Source of the DNA: the human T2T-CHM13v2.0 reference genome, Homo sapiens
Direction: 5' to 3' (one strand)
Length of the DNA stretch: 64,000 nt
Assembly: GCF_009914755.1 (NCBI RefSeq)
Contig: NC_060935.1
The translations under genes were made by a program, and so were the position numbers. Below the pieces are notes generated by a model. The model was not told the origin of the DNA and did no database searches. It worked only from the letters and a program-made list of their open reading frames with translations. Shown here in pieces: positions 61,001 to 64,000 of the stretch (its first letter is position 1; every line of letters begins with the position of its first letter).

Positions 61001-63349
61001 CAATCAAAAGGAAAATGCTCGGTGAGAGTCTCACTACCTGCGCTGCAGCTCCTGACGTTATTATTGTGACTAGCGGGTGGCTCTGTCCCCACCCTGGGAA
61101 CAAGGACTGGGTCATTCTGCCAAAGGCCCATGTTCAGTCCCAGGAGGATGCAATCAAACAACCCAGACCTCTTCCAAGGGTTTGTATCCCCCCACCCCAC
61201 CCCACGCTGGGTTGGGGACCCTTTCTATGCCCTGCAGCACTCGATGCTCACCTCCATCACAAGCCCTGTCACAACACGGACTAACTGGACTGTCCAGTCA
61301 CGCCTCTTCCTCCCCATTATCCTAGAAGCTCCCGGAGGCAGCCCTTGTGGCCAGTCCAGGCTTGGATGTGGCAGCAGGCCCTCAGATGATTATTCACGCG
61401 GAAAGAAACAAATACACCCTAGATATCCTCTGACCATGAGAGAATGACAGGCCTCTCATTTTGGGTGGGAGGTTAGGTGCAGTGGCCAAGTCACAAAGGT
61501 CACTTAGCCCTGGGGGGCTGCAGGCTCCAAGCCCTGCACTCAATATGCTTACAGCCTCTCAACAAGTGATTCATTCTCCCGGTGCCCAGGTGAATGGCAA
61601 GGGGTGGGGGACTCCAGAGATGGAAAAGACCCGCCTTTGTCTGGAGCGATCCTCCCTTCTCCCCTCTCCTTCCCTTTCTTCCACAAATTCCCCAGTCTAT
61701 AGAAACGGACAGGGTCAAGAACTTTGCTGGAGGTCATGTGGAGGCAAGAAGATTCTCAAGGGTCCCTCCCTGGGGCTCACAGTCCCAGTTACAGGAGAAG
61801 TGGAGGCTCCTGAAGAGGCTGTGCGCGTCCATTTCCACTGGTTTTTCTCAGCCACACCCTCCCTGCTGCCCCAAGGAGGGGCCCTCAGACTCCAGGTACA
61901 ACAGCCCCAGGTGAAAGCTCCGGCTTGAGTTTACAAAGCAGGAGGCTGGAATTGCAGGCAGGTAAGACCTCAGGTGTCCAGGCCCAGAACTCTTTCAGAG
62001 TAGGAGGCACAACCTCAGGCCCTGCAGCAACTCCCAAGCTGAGCCCCACTTTAGAAAAGTCCTCATCGGGACTGACGGGGATCCCAGAACTCTCTCGTCT
62101 GCAACTCTGTTACGTATTTGGAAGTAAGGCAAGTATGCTAAAGCACTGCCTTCCTATAAAGAGCCATTTTTAGGAGTGTGTTTCTGTATACTGGTTAATT
62201 CCCGGCCCGTTTTTCTCTCCCATCCTTTTCCTCGTCACTAATGAAATATAAAATGCAATGCGGTCTCAGAATCCCTTTACCTTCCTCTGGGCAGCACTCA
62301 CATCTGATATCACCTGGCTCCCCAAGCCCAGGCCTAGACCAAGACCCCTAGAAGCCAGCATGGCCCTGCATACAACCCTAAGCACCTGAATGAAGAAATG
62401 AATGAATGAAAATCTTGAAACTCACCCAAATAGGAATACGGTTTTCTATAGCAGACTGTACTTGGAGACAGTACGCAGAAAGATCCCCCCAACAGACCGC
62501 CCCCCTCCCCGGGGGTGGGGGGGAATCTAATTTGTTAAAAGCAGCCAAGTGCTGTCAACCGAGCCCTCTGGGATCATCTTTATAGGTGAAATCACCTACT
62601 TGTAAAGAGTTACCTTTGATACTTGAATTCCAACCTCCTTCCAAAGGGACCCAAAGAAGCACCAAGCTTTCCACCCAATTCTTCCTTCCAGGAAAACAAG
62701 GAATTCCTGGGTGTAATAATGGAATCAGAGGCCTTATATAGACAGTGCTTCCCAGGAGCTGAATCATTCAGGCACTACTGGGACACCCAGATTCCTATCA
62801 GGACAAGAGTCTCCCTCAAGCCCCCTCAGAGGACAGTGACATCCGGCATAGAAACCCACAGCTCCCACCTACCAATCCCCCTCTTAGAGCAGACACGACG
62901 GCTTTCCCTCAGAATTAACACTGAACCCAGATGGGGGCCGAGCTCGCTCTCCTCACTCCACCCCCACAGGCTCAACCCTATTAGGACCCTCAACCTTGTT
63001 TCCAACCCACAAGTAGTTGGAAAACTCCAAAAGCAATCGGCCCGGGGCTGTTCTGGACCTGCTGAACCCTCTGGGGCACCAGGCTCGGTTCCTAGTGCAC
63101 AGAAGGGCGTCACTAACTATGTGATGCGGACCGCAGGGCACCGGGGTTAAGGCTGAATCTGCCAGGTCCTTTTCCAGGGGCGCAGAACTTCCCTTGTGGC
63201 TGGGTCGGCAAAACCGAGGCCCACATCCCAGATAGAGATCAAATCGCCCTCCCCCACCGGGGGACTTCCGAAATTACCTCTCTGGATCTGGAAGCTTAAT
63301 TAGCTGATTGGCCTCATTAACGTTCGAACTTGAGTTTCAAACGAAAAAG

Positions 63350-64000
63350 AGGTCACTCAACTATCCAATTTACAACCTCGAATTTCCACCCGAAAACCAC
63401 TTTATTTTCGGATGGCCTCTGAGGACGCCCAGGCCCCTGCCAGCAGCTGCCAGCCCCCGAGAGCCTTACGTACTTTCGCCTGACCCCCCCACCACCCACC
63501 CCTCACCTGCCTGGCTCGAGCGCCTTCTCAGTTCCAGGCGCCCCGAGCCCCTTTAAAAGATCGGCTGCGAAAACCCACGGTCACCTGCACCACCCTTTCT
63601 CCCTCTGGGTGCTCCAGCCCCACGGAAAGGCAAGCCTCGCCCACGCGCCCACCCACCTCGAGCAGGGTGTCCGCACGCAGACCCGCCTGGAGGGCGCCGC
63701 GCTGCACCCCCACGCCAAGCCCCAGAACCCTGGCGGCGAGGTCCACCCCAGCCCCCGCATCCCCCCGAACCCGGGCGGCGAGGCCCGCTGCGGTGGTCGC
63801 ACCTGCTGGCTCAGTCCGGCGGCTCCAGCCCAAGTGACGAGTGCGCTGTCGGCGTCTCTGGGAGCGGTCCCCGCGCCTGGCGCCCGGGGCCGGGGCCACC
63901 CGGTGGAGGCGCCTGGGCCGCGGGCTGGGCGGGCGGAGCTGCCCGGCCGCCGGGGAGGAGGGATGCCCGGGCGAAAGTTGCCAGGGAAACTTGATCAACT
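63350..64000. promoter_or_regulatory. CpG island / promoter, continuing beyond the window
   Basis: Very high GC and dense CpG; GC box gggcgggcgg near 63927; minus-strand donors CAG|gtgcga (63802), CAG|gtgacc (63584), CAG|gtgagg (63506). Confidence 0.9.
63977..63990. promoter_or_regulatory. RFX X-box motif GTTGCCAGGGAAAC
   Basis: Fits the GTTnCC-nn-GGnAAC imperfect palindrome and lies inside the CpG island. Confidence 0.55.

Overview
Primate (most likely human or great-ape) euchromatic genomic DNA with no recognisable protein-coding exon. The window is GC-rich and repeat-dense: about 35 Alus (J, S and Y types), several old L1 pieces including one ~7.5 kb L1M spanning 5' end, ORF1, ORF2 and 3' end, plus Tigger/MER2/hAT DNA transposons, MaLR/ERVL LTRs, MIR/L2 relics and tandem repeats. 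It ends in a CpG island (~63.35-64.0 kb). The island, the mostly + orientation of the L1s and several small exon-like units with strong minus-strand splice sites suggest the long 5' intron(s) of a minus-strand gene, which I cannot name from sequence alone. The ORF track is essentially noise, apart from Alu-, L1- and LTR-derived peptides. I found no convincing new multi-gene system. The best leads are: (i) a 122-bp terminal remnant of a young HERV-K(HML-2) LTR5_Hs that has lost its promoter, poly(A) signal and target-site duplication; (ii) a recurring pattern of short, locally templated duplications, one pasted inside an Alu and one with a fold-back hairpin at its junction; (iii) candidate 20-nt and 42-nt micro-exons; (iv) a nearly T-free 33-bp VNTR bracketed by + strand splice sites. 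Repeat family names come from recall of consensus sequences, not a database search, and their boundaries are approximate.
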